A stretch of 64,000 bases of DNA from Lama glama. Lineage: Eukaryota. Of this stretch, positions 53,070 through 64,000 are shown piece by piece (position 1 is the stretch's first letter; the number at the start of each line of letters is the position of its first letter). Where the stretch lies: NCBI GenBank assembly GCA_028534125.1, contig CM052816.1:83206001-83270000 (forward strand), written 5' to 3'. The translations under genes were made by a program, and so were the position numbers. The notes below the pieces were generated by a model that did no database searches, had not been told where the DNA came from, and saw only the letters and a program-made list of their open reading frames with translations.

Positions 53070-53962
53070 TTGGTTTAAGATATGAAGACTACCATTACTT
53101 TCACATGAAACATTTGAAATCTCACCTCCTTGTGCCTCCAACCAGCATGTTTTATCTTCACCATTGATTTATAGTTCCTCTATCTTCTCTATTCTTTGTC
53201 CAAAATTCCTTTGATGTAGACATTTGGTGCCCAGGAGTCCTGGATTTATATCAATCCATTATGAAAAGAAAAGTGGCTAAAAATCTTCCAAACAGAACCC
53301 TAAGAAACTTTTTTTTTTAAGTGAGAGTAACTTTCACCCAGAACTAAATGAAGCAAGGAAAGTAAGGCAGAACTTAGATCAAGGTATGTCTTACAGCTTT
53401 TCATGAAAATTTGATTAGACTAAAGTTGCAAGGTTGTAAAAATGGAAAGATCCATTCATAGGATACTTTAGAACTAATTTTCAAGATTCTTTTAAGCAAT
53501 AATCTGGGGGTACACTTGAAAACTAATGGAAGTTTCTTTTTCTCTTCCCCTATCTCCCCTTCCCTACTTTAAGACTTTAAATAGTAAATTTATTCAGAAA
53601 AAAATAAATAGAATAATAAATTGAAGATTTGGGAGATTTCTCAACTGCAGCTGAATTAATTAGGAAGTATCATTGCCTTGAATTCATGTAACCATTCACT
53701 ATTTTAACATATTAATCAATTATTTATCTTACTCTTATTTTATAAGGAAGATCATGTTTCTGTAACTTAGAAATACTAGTACCCAGAGCAGATCTTTTTT
53801 AACATATCTATACCAAACCCCTGTTTTAGTATGATTGTTAATGAGTCTTACCTTAAAATTTAAAAGTAACAATAACAATCTAGTTTATGGGGTAACAACG
53901 ACACTTCTTGTATACTTTTCTCAAAAAGATCCTAAGAGAATTAAAACAGTGCTTAGGTATAA

Positions 53963-54367
53963 TGTCAAAAGCTCAAAACTAACACGTAAAATCAATGAAT
54001 CACTGAAGTAGCAATTAGTAAAATTTTATTGTGCACATACCAAAAAGTTTGCAAGCCAAGAGCACTCAAAACAGAATGAGGCTCAGAGGTATACTGTTAT
54101 AAAGCAATTTAAATAGTGAGAAAGCAGTGACTACTTATTCTTTACAGTGACTGGTTAGAATAGTAGAATTTTCTTAAATGATAGGAGGTAACCACTAACC
54201 AATTCCCTATCAAGCTTGAGAAACAGGTTAAGTTTTGCTTATGATTTGCAGAAGCATAAACAAGACATGACACAGGTCAACTTAGTAATTAAGCTTCATA
54301 TGACTGAACTTGTATTGCCTGCTCAGGGGATTTTCAAGGTTGGTCTCTGTTTCTGATTTTAATGACA
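53963..54367 (-). mobile_element. Probable old ERV1-type solo LTR
   Basis: Termini TGTCA...TGACA (inverted repeat, TG..CA); minus-strand AATAAA at 54025-54030 near the 3' end; no clean TSD. Confidence 0.55.
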
Positions 54368-55034
54368 CTTATAAATAATTTATTATGTACTAAGTCAGAA
54401 TGTATTGCATATTTAGTAAAGATAATTAGGAGACTGAAGACAATTAATTTTGGATAAAACTGTTTCTTTGGTGATTACAATTTTGTAAAAAGAAGAATAG
54501 TTTAACATTTGTCATTTGATATTTTCAATTCCATGATAAACACATTAGTATAAATTAGATATAATCATACTGGAAGCAACAAAGTGAATAAAAAAATAAT
54601 CTCACAAGACAGTGGTGTATGTAATTTTAAAAGCATCTCTATGAAGAAAATATTTCTTGTAAATCTGATTTGTTGTTTACCACATACAAAGGCTTAGAGA
54701 AGAAAAGGTAGATTAGTTTATTATTATTCTACATTTTTCCCTTCTATTTGACAATAGAATATTTTTCTTCTGTAATGCACATAACAGTATCTTGTAGCAC
54801 AGACCTTAATTCAGGAAAGGAGAAAGCAATTACAAAACATGAATAAAGTAACTGTCCCTGAAATTAAAAATGATAAAGTGAAATAAACAATTTGAGAAAA
54901 ACAAAGTCTTCTTGCAAGGTTCCTGGAGCTGTCTCTTGTCAAATCCTAGCATATAAAATGGAAGTAAGGAATCAATATTATAATAAATCTGAATCCTAAA
55001 AAATTAATCTTAATGAAAATATTTGAATGGGTAG

Positions 55035-55501
55035 GTGTGCCACTGCATAAGGTCAAGAGGGTGGAGCCACTGGCCCCGCTGGCAGTGAGAAGACAGAGCA
55101 CTGAGTCACAGAGGGTTATCCCTAACGAAGTGCTATACTGACTTGAGGACTTGGTTGGGATTCTTGACTTTTTTCACTCCTATTTATCCCTTTTAGTAGG
55201 AAATCTACCCTATGCATATCTCCCATTGTATTTTGAAAGCAGATAACTTTTTCCTAAGTTGACAGGTCCACAGATAGAAAGCAGTTTCGCCCCATAATGG
55301 ATCATACTAGAGTTTCACCCACACCTGATTTAAAAGATTTAGAAAATATGATTTGAGATTTTTTGAGTTGATTACATTGAGATGATATTTTGAACTTAAA
55401 GTTGATACTAGAATGGATTAAGACTTTTGGGGATGTTGGAATAGTATGAATATACTTTGTATGTGGAAAGAATGAAAATTTGGAGGGAACAGTAGAAGAA
55501 C
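55035..55501 (+). mobile_element. MLT1 internal region, 3' part
   Basis: 'cccattgtattttgaaagcagataact...acaggtccacagatagaaag', 'gttgatactagaatggattaagacttttggggatgttgg', then a purine tract immediately before the LTR. Confidence 0.85.
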
Positions 55502-55949
55502 TGTTCTGGGTTGAATAATTCTCCCCCAGATTCATGTCCATCTCAGTCCTGCAGATGTGACAGTATTTGGAAATAGGATTTTTGTGGATGTAATCAAGTG
55601 ATGAGTACATTCTTGATAAATCCAATGATGTGTGTCTATGTAAGAGAAGGAGGATATGTGAATGCAAAGACACAAAACCATACAGAGGAAAGATGGCCAT
55701 GTGAAGCTGCAAGCAAAAATTGTAATGATACAGCCATGAGCCAAGGAATGCCAAGGATTGTTTGCGAACCGCCAGAAGCTAAAAAGAGACGAGAAGGATT
55801 CTTTCCTGGAAACTTCAGAAAGAGCCTAGTGCTGCTGACACTTTCATTTCAGACTTCTAGCCTCCAGAACTGTGAGAGGACAAACTTCTGTTGTTTGAAG
55901 CCATCTAGTTTGTTGCACACTGTTATGGCAGCTCTGGGAAACTATCACA
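55502..55949 (+). mobile_element. MLT1C-like 3' LTR
   Basis: Starts 'tgttctgggttgaataattctccccc', contains 'gacttctagcctccagaactgtgagag', ends 'gttatggcagctctgggaaactatcaca'. Confidence 0.9.
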
Positions 55950-55954
55950 CTGTT

Positions 55955-56210
55955 CACCCCTCTGGTTTCATCTAACATTGAATGTCCTCGATGAGCCTTT
56001 TCTAACAGTCACCAAGCTAAGTGTCTCTCCATAGTACTTCTCATTTTGCCCTTTGCATTGTCATTCACATCACTAAATACATTACTTTGTTAACAGAGAT
56101 CTTTCAGGTATCTACTACTCTAGTGTGCCTCAAGCTGACAAATATCTTATTCTTTGCAACACTAGCACCTAGAAAATTTCCTGTCACTAAGAACAAAGTC
56201 AAAAAAAAAA
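55955..56210 (+). mobile_element. L2 3'-end fragment
   Basis: 'tcctcgatgagccttttctaac', 'tatcttattctttgcaacactagcacctagaaaatttcctgtcac'. Confidence 0.55.
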
Positions 56211-57199
56211 AACCTACAGAGAATAACTTTGATTGTGGTACAGTTATTGTGCAACAATCTAAAGATAGAAAGAGTACACTTTGCTGAGTATTGACATATG
56301 AATGTACCTGTCAAAGTGTTACCTAATCAAGATACCACGCTGTTCTATTGAAAAGGACCATTAAATTGAGTAAAACATTTTAGTTTTGGTGAAACAAATC
56401 TTTATAATTTATAAGTCAAAGAATAATTTTTGTCCACTGTTGTCCTTACTTGTGACAAGAATAACATTGGCAATGATATAAAGTACATATCAAAATAATA
56501 TGAATATTAAAATTAACTTGTCATTAAAATAGAAATTATACCAAGTGCAAAATATAATAAATTTTGACTAATATTAAGGGAGATTCCTTTGTAAATAAAG
56601 TATGTTCAGTATTTTGCTAACAAATTGCATCTCATTATCAGTTATGATTGTGAAAGATAAATATACAAAATAACAGCAAGCTCATTAAAGATAGACTTAA
56701 ATATTTGCAAATTTCAAGTGAGTTTTATTTCTGAGAAGAGAATATAATAGTTAAAAATAATTAAGAAAATAATGGATTAAGTGCTCATTTTCTTCACATA
56801 GTTTAAAGAAGCACATCATAGTGCGTTCAAAGTGCTTAATGAGTGTAAACCCACATTTTAATTATTATTCAGAGATCAGTAGCTGATACTGTATATCAAT
56901 ATACTTACAAAAACAATTTCAGGAGAAATCTAAAACTGTTAGAGTTTTAAAATCAAACAATAAGTGACTTTATCAAATGGCAAAATGAAGGTAATTTACT
57001 GGACTGAAATTTGATAAATATTTGTAAGTTAAATAATGTATATAATTATAAAACATTAATAATTTTAACAAAATACAATAGTTTCTTAGATCTATTCCTT
57101 TTGCTTTAAACAATCTGAATTTTTTCTAAATTATGAATGTTACCATTTTTGCTTTTACTTCATCACTCATTTCATTTATAATTTAAACACATATCTAAC

Positions 57200-60100
57200 A
57201 GGACTTCTGGTTTCAGCCCTAACACATAAAGAACAGTGAAGTCAAACCTTTAATATGCACAAAAACAACAAAACTCCCCCTGAAAACCTGAAAATTAATG
57301 TATCGTTTTTTACTCAATATGGGATAGAGCTTGCAGGGCAAATCAACCACCTCAAAGTTAGAAGCAGGTGAACCAATACAGCCACAGCAACGATGCTTAT
57401 CTGAAGGGAAAAGTTACAGGAGCCAAAGATGGTAGGGCCTTTGTTAATCGTAATACTGATGAATTGCTGAATATTGATGAACTAATGTGAGTGAAAAACT
57501 CCTGGATACTACAGTCCTAAGGGAAACCCCCAATTTTGTGTATTTTACCTACAAAAATATCACCAGATTCTCACAGTAAAGAGTCAAAATGGATTCCTTC
57601 CTGGCTCTAGGAGTAGGAGTGGGAAAAGTAACCATGTTCGGTCCTTACGGCTGCTGTAACGAATCATTACAAATGCGATGGCTTAAAACAAGAGAAATGT
57701 ATTCTCCTACAGTTCTGAAGTCTAAACACTGAAAATAGTTTCACTGACCTAAAATTAAAGGCCGTGCTCCCTCAGGAGACTCGAGGGGAGAATTCATTTC
57801 TTGCCGTTTCCACCTGCTGGTGGCTGCTGTTGTTTTTGACTTATGGCCACATCATTCCAATCTCTGCTCCTCTGGCCATGTATCCTCTTCTTTTATGTGC
57901 CTCTCTTATAATGACATATAGGGTGGAATGTAGGACCTATCTGGGAAATCCAGGATAATCTTCCCAATGTCAATATCCTTAACTTAATCGTATCTGCAAA
58001 AAGCATTTTTCCTTATAAGGTAACATTTACATGTTCCATGAATTAAGACCTGACATATTTGGGTGGCCATTATTTTACTACAACACTGGGCATTTTGAAA
58101 TATGCACCGAACAGCGTCTATAACAATAAGCTAATGCATGAGAAAAGTCTTTACTATAGTCTTATCCCACCTGGGGAAGAGTATTTACCCCAAACAAATC
58201 CCATTTAGTTTTCCTGTCTCATATAAATGGGGGGAAAAAAAAACCTGTACAAATAAAGAAACACTTGTAAAAGTCACAGCTCAGGGACACAGGCCCTCAG
58301 AAATATTGAGGTTTAATCATAAGATTATAGAACCTGTCCCTTCCATCATGCTAAACCACCACACCAAGCTCTAGTACAGTACCAGTGGGTTATAGCTGAA
58401 ACATTCAGAGATGCAGACTTATTGAGGAGAAGTAATTAGAGAAGCCCCAAACTAAGATTAAAAACAAGTACGTGAAAGTAAATTGAAGGCTCTGGAAGCT
58501 ATAGTTACAAAAAATATTAAAGGTTCCAAATTCTAGCCAGATTAACATTAAATCCTCACTTTAGTGGCCTGTGTAACTTAGTTCCTGTTGCCTGATAATA
58601 TCATGTTCCACTTTCAAGAAAATATTAAAATACATTCTCAAGTACTAGAAAAATCAATATTCAAGGGAAAACAAATATAAGAACCAGACTTAGATATGAT
58701 ATAGATGTTGAAGTTACCAGATAGAGACATAAAATGACAATGATTAACTTGTTTAAGGTTCTAATGAAAAAGAAGATCAAATGCAAGGATAGATGAATCC
58801 TATAAACCAAACCATGAAAACTCTAAAAACAGAATCAAAAATAATTTAAGAAAATATATCTATGACTTTGATAAACTCATCAGTCAAATGAACATGATTA
58901 AAGAAATAATCAGTGATCGTGGTCAACAGAAACTTCCCAAACTAAAGCGCAAATAGAAAAACATGAAAATCAAAGAATACAATGTCCAAAACAGTGGAAT
59001 AATTTCAAAGGTGTAACAATCCTAACTGGTAAAGGAGAAAACAAGGACATAGAAGAATTAAATTAATGCTGATTGAGAATATTCCAAAAGTAAGGACAGA
59101 CAGTGAGACAGTGAACCTCTAAAAAGCAGGATCAGAATAAATAAATAACAACAACAATAAAGAACTAGGATTATAATGTTCAAAGTGTAGGAAAGCAGAC
59201 ATAGAGAAAATTTTGAAAGAAATCAGAGAAAACAAATACGTATCTTTAGAGTAACATAAATAAGAAACACATTGAGCTTCTTCACCAAAACCATACAATC
59301 AAGATAATAAATGAAATACTCAAAGTATTCGAAAAAACCTATACTTCTATAACAAGTAAAATTATCCTTCAAGATTGAAGAAGAAATAAAGACTTTATTG
59401 GAGAGTAACATAAATAAATTGAGGCAATTCACTGACAAAAAACTTGTCTGGAAAAAATATTTCTAATAATTCTTCAGGAATGAAAATAATTACGTCAGAA
59501 ACTTCGATCTACATTAAAAGGTAATTGTGTACAAGGGGACTAAGTGAAGAGAAACTTATTCTTAATTGGTCTAAAAGATAACATTTTAATGTAATTGTAA
59601 TAATGTATTAGATGATTGTAGCATAAGAATATGTGGAATGAATTATCTCAAGGTAATAAAGGAGATAAGGGAGAGATAGAAATTAACCTGCTATATCTGC
59701 CGTACAGGTGAAGAAGTAGATCATTGTTAAAAATATTATATATGTATGTGTGATTTAAATAAAGCATGTCCAAAAAGCCTTGAACTTCAAAGCAGAAATC
59801 TCCAAAGAAATTTTTAAAATGAGAAGAAATTAAAATGAATATAGAACATCAAAATTTGTAGGATGTAGCAAAAGCAGTGCTAAGAGGGAAAATTTTACCG
59901 TAAAATATATATTAGAAAACAAGATAGAGCTAAAATCAATAACCTAAATGATTATCATAGGAAACTACAAAAAAAAAAATCCAGAAGTCTAGGCCTAAAC
60001 TGAGTAGAAAAGGAATAATAAAAAATAAAGGATAAATTAATGAAACTGAAAACAATAAAGGGAACCAAAAGTTGGCTCTTTGAAAAGTTCAGTAAAATTG

Positions 60101-61860
60101 ATAGTAAAACCTAGTCAGGGAGAGAGAGAGACAAAGAACAAATCACCTGTATCAGAAATGAATAATGAAATGGAGGCATCTATGCTGTTCCCATGGGTAT
60201 TAAAAGGAAATACAGAATGCTATGTACACTGTATGCAAACTTACTTGATAACTTAGATAAAATGTACTAATTCCTTGAATGACAAAAATACTAACACAAA
60301 AGAAGAAATAGATCATCTAAATAGATCATTCATTACTATAGATAATGATTTTAAAGTTGACATTAAAAAGTAAAAGATCTTAAAGTGTCAACACAATGCT
60401 CAAGAAGAACAAATCTGGAGTACTCACCTTCTCCAGTGTCAAGAGTTATTATAAAGTTACAGTAATCAATATAAAATAATTGACATATAGATTCATAGCC
60501 AAAGACACTAAAACAGTGAACTAATCTTTGTATAGGAATAAAAGCAATTCAATGGAGTAAGGATAGTTTATTTCAACAAATCATTATAGAAAAATTGGAT
60601 GTCCATAAGCAAAACAATAAATCTAGGAACAGACTTTACACCATTCACAAAAACTAACTCAAAATGGTTTATAGCCCCAAAAGTAAAATGCAAAACTATA
60701 AAACTTCTAAAAGAGAGAAAGAGAAAAAATCTGAGACATTTGCTTTTGTAAATAAGTTTTTAGATGCACCATCATAATTATAAAACATGAAAGAAGAACT
60801 CATAAATCCAATTTAATTAATTTAAGATCTACTACTTTTCAAAGGCACTATTAAGAGGATGAAAAAACTAGCCACATATTGGAAAAAAATGTTTGCAAAA
60901 CATTTCTGATAGAGTACTTGTATCTATATACAAAGAACTCTTAAAACTCACCAATAAGAAACCAAAAAATTCAACTGAAACATGCAAAATATGCTAATAG
61001 ATAGTTCTCCAAAGAAGATACTCAGTGGCAACTAATAATATAAAATTACGCTTAAAATTATTTCTCACTAGGGATTTGTAAAACAGAGAAATAATACAGC
61101 ATATATACACACCAGTTAGAATTACTAAAATCCAATGACTAATAATACCAATTACTGGTAACAGTGTGGAGCAGTGGTATCTATTATTCTTATTACTTGA
61201 TATTCTGAAAAAGGTAAAACTATAAAGATGTTGCACAAATCAGTGGCTGCAAGTGGTCCAAGAGTAGATGGGGAGAGGCTGAATAGGTAAACACAGGAGA
61301 ATTTTACTGTGGTGAGACTGTGTATGAGACAGTAACGGTGGTTACATGAAACTACAGATGTGTAAATACTCAGAATTTTAAAGCATGAAGATTGAACATT
61401 AATGTATGAAAAAATATTAGAGTCCTTTAGAAGATCAGGGGATTACAGGATAGAAATTTAAAAAAAACTATTACAAATGCATTAAGCAACCCCTCTGGAA
61501 GGTAACAGGAGATTGGCAATCTAAGTAACTGTGGAAATGAGTGTAATCTGTAAGACTAAAGGTAAAGGCAACTGCACGTAAGAACTATACCTAGTTGATA
61601 AAATCATTTCTCATGGGATATGAGTTAAAAATTCTGACACTACAATATATGTACACTAGAATTCAAGAATTCAGTACATGGATGGAGGATGGTAGAAATC
61701 AATTTGCTCACTTTTGGAAAGGGAATTTACAGATAAAGAGCAGAAGGATAGTAGAATGATACATGTAATGGATTGGAGTTAGAGGTATCAGTATTAATTC
61801 ATGCTTAAATTAATATGGATACCATTTAGAAATATCTATAGACCTCTACATACAGAGAAT
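57200..61860 (+). mobile_element. Old near-full-length L1 (L1M4 5' end, L1MC/MD-like 3' end) with large ORF2 deletions
   Basis: 5' end 'ggacttctggtttcagcc'; ORF1 remnants at 58.7-59.5 kb; ORF2 pieces 'gcaaaagcagtgctaagagggaaa', 'KKNKSGVLTFSSVKSYYKVTV'; 3' UTR 'taagtaactgtggaaatgagtg...gtaagactaaagg'. Confidence 0.8.
57635..58085 (-). mobile_element. MaLR solo LTR (MLT1D/E-like) nested in the L1 5' region
   Basis: 'ggctgctgtaacgaatcattacaaa...tggcttaaaacaa', 'aatccaggataatctt...atccttaacttaatcgtatctgcaaa', ending 'gccattattttactacaaca'. Confidence 0.88.
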
Positions 61861-61862
61861 CG

Positions 61863-62328
61863 TGTTGTTTGGAGCAAACCTGACAGTGTTGGAATAACTG
61901 ACTAAAGACAAAAAGCCAAAATGAAAGAGTTAAGGCTTTAATTATTTACTACCATGATAAAAGCAAGAGTGTAAATAGGATAAAGCACCCCCATTTAATT
62001 TTCCACAATAAATAGTCAGGTGGCTCAGCAGAGACACGGAGGGATCCTCTCATTATAGAGGGAATCCTTGAACAAAAAGTTCCTGCAGATTTGTGGACTC
62101 TGGGGCTAGGGGTTGGGGAAGATAAGATGGTAGAGAGAGAAGACAGGGCTACAAGTGAAAAAGTACCGAGTCAGAGTTAGGAGAAATGTCTTTGAGATAT
62201 ATTCTCCTTCCTGGATAAGGAGGTGATGGAAGAAGGGGTGCCTGAGGAAGACCTTGACTAAGGACCCCAAGTAAAGAAACTGAGCAATGAATGCACCAGG
62301 GCATTGAGCATAATGGCATTTTTAACTT
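61863..62328 (-). mobile_element. Probable ERV LTR (family uncertain)
   Basis: Abrupt compositional change starting at 'tgttg', LTR-like length of ~465 bp and purine-rich body, located between two L1 segments. Confidence 0.5.
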
Positions 62329-62339
62329 GCTCTATTGTC

Positions 62340-64000
62340 ATCCCTCTATGTTCTAGACTAAAAAACCAACAGCCTGAAATTAAGTGAAAAGCGGCAGCAT
62401 GATGGCATTAAAGCTTCAAGTGGGACAGAGCTTTTTCAAAGCCTCATTTACACTTGTCAGTATTTTACCTGTCTGGTAATTCCCTGAAAAATGCACTTAA
62501 AAGGCTTGCATTTATTTGACCTAAATTAGATTTTACCAATTGCCGGATAAATTTTCTTGGTGGGCATTTGTTGAAAACAATCAGTGGCAGTTGCTTAACA
62601 TTACAGATGCCTGAACCAGTGAGTAACTATTGGGACAAACAATAGAAACACTAGGCTACCAAAAAGACTAAAATGGAGTAGCTGGGGAAATGAGATGTTC
62701 ATAGAGTGCTTTGAATAGCTTTGACATATTTCTAGAAGGCTTTGATTAAGTGAAGTTCTGGGTGCTTGGCTGAGAGTTGCATGTAAGCCACAGTCCATGG
62801 ACAGAAATCACTGGCAAAGAATAGAAGCCCTATTAATCACAGGTATTTAAGGGAATATCTATAAAATCATTAGTTGCCCAACAAGCTAACCAAGCAGAAA
62901 TTTAAGTGGCAATGCAATCAAGAAAATAATACATTCTTTACATAATTAATTCAGAAAAGTCACTAAACAAAGCAACAACAGCAAATGCTAGAGGGGATAA
63001 TATCTGATTTCCAGAATTGGCATATTATATTATTTAATAAGTATATTTTAAAAACACAAAAATAAGTATATTTATAAAAAGAGACAAGAAAGTGTGGCCC
63101 ATAAAAGGAAAATAAACAGTCAATAAAACTGCCCCTACAACACCAGATGTAGGAATCACTAGACAGAGATAGTAAATCAGTTTTTTAAATATGTTCAAAG
63201 AACTTAAGGAAAATGTATCTAAAATAGCAAAGAATAATGTTTATTAAGTATAGAATGTCAATAAAGAGATAGATATCATAAAAAAAGAACCAGATAGAAA
63301 TTCAACAGTTGAAAAGCACAATAAATAGCATATAAAATTCAAAGGAAGGCCTCCAAAGTAATTTTTACTTGGCAGAGGAAAGAAACAGCAAAGTTGAGAG
63401 CTCAGCTGCAATAATCTAAATTATCTAAGTTGAATTAATTAATTATATTACTCAGATAGTCTCAATTATCTTACTATGAAAAATGGAAAGTTAAAAAAAT
63501 TAAGAAAAAATAAGAGGCTCTGAAATCTGTGGTGAACTATGACGTACACCAGCATAGACTTAATGTGATTAACAGAAGGAAAGGAGAGAGGATGGCACAG
63601 AAAGAATATTAGCAGAATCTACTAGCAGACATAAAATTACCAGTAAAGGTAACTACATACATATTATCTGTAGCTCTTGTTTTCTCCTATATGAATTAAA
63701 TGGCAACTACAAAATGAAGTACCTATAAATCTTTGTTGACTGGCATATAGTGTATAAACATGTAATCTGTATGACAATAACCACACAAAGAAAAAAGAAA
63801 TAATGAATATAAAGAAATAACATTTCTGTATACTGTTGAAAATGTTAGTATTAATTGAAGATTGTTATAATTTAAGATGTAAATTATAAGCACTAAGATG
63901 ACCATTGAGAAAATATCTCAAAACATAGTGAATTAACAAGTGAATGAAAATGGTACACTAGACAAAAACCTATTGTTACAAGAGAAAGCAGTAATGAAGT
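62340..64000 (+). mobile_element. Old L1M 5' region/ORF1/inter-ORF remnants (continues beyond window)
   Basis: 'ggcatttgttgaaaacaatcagtggc', 'tctgatttccagaattggc', 'aaatatgttcaaagaacttaagga', 'gaaaagcacaataaatagcatataaaattc'. Confidence 0.75.

Noticed and set aside
55302..55975. Overlapping 125-150 aa ORFs on both strands
   Set aside because: Almost entirely within MLT1 internal/LTR sequence; typical chance ORFs.
60356..60392. Inverted repeat gttgaca...tgtcaac near an L1 deletion junction
   Set aside because: The sequence is explained as diverged L1 ORF2, and a 7-bp inverted repeat is expected by chance.
1..64000. A novel multi-gene system, CRISPR array or prokaryotic operon
   Set aside because: The sequence is mammalian repeat-rich DNA with no long intact ORF, no regularly spaced repeat-spacer array and no operon-like structure.

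Overview
This window is AT-rich, non-coding mammalian genomic DNA, not prokaryotic DNA. A tRNA-Ala-derived SINE at ~46.1 kb (Vic-1-like) and young L1 3' ends suggest a camelid (alpaca/camel/llama). I found no supportable protein-coding exon, functional RNA gene or CRISPR array. The ORFs in the track are decayed L1/LTR fragments, chance AT-rich ORFs or artefacts of a 500-N gap (1897-2396). Much of the window is layered transposon fossils: old L2, MIR and CR1, L1M-age and younger L1s, MaLR/ERVL/ERV1-type LTRs and hAT MER elements. The most informative signals are retrotransposition mechanisms readable in the sequence: (1) a young L1 with a 74-bp 3' transduction carrying its own AATAAA and second poly(A) (34.66-36.18 kb); (2) a twin-primed, 5'-inverted L1 (22.96-24.42 kb); (3) an L1 with both termini and a candidate TSD but no ORF1, possibly a spliced integrant (47.7-52.2 kb); (4) a 623-bp solo LTR with an exact 4-bp TSD (14451-15073); (5) an ERVL relic with LTR, primer-binding region and RT remnant; and several nested insertions. 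I do not see evidence for a novel multi-gene system. Repeat family and subfamily names come from recalled consensus similarity, not from a database search, and old-element boundaries are approximate.
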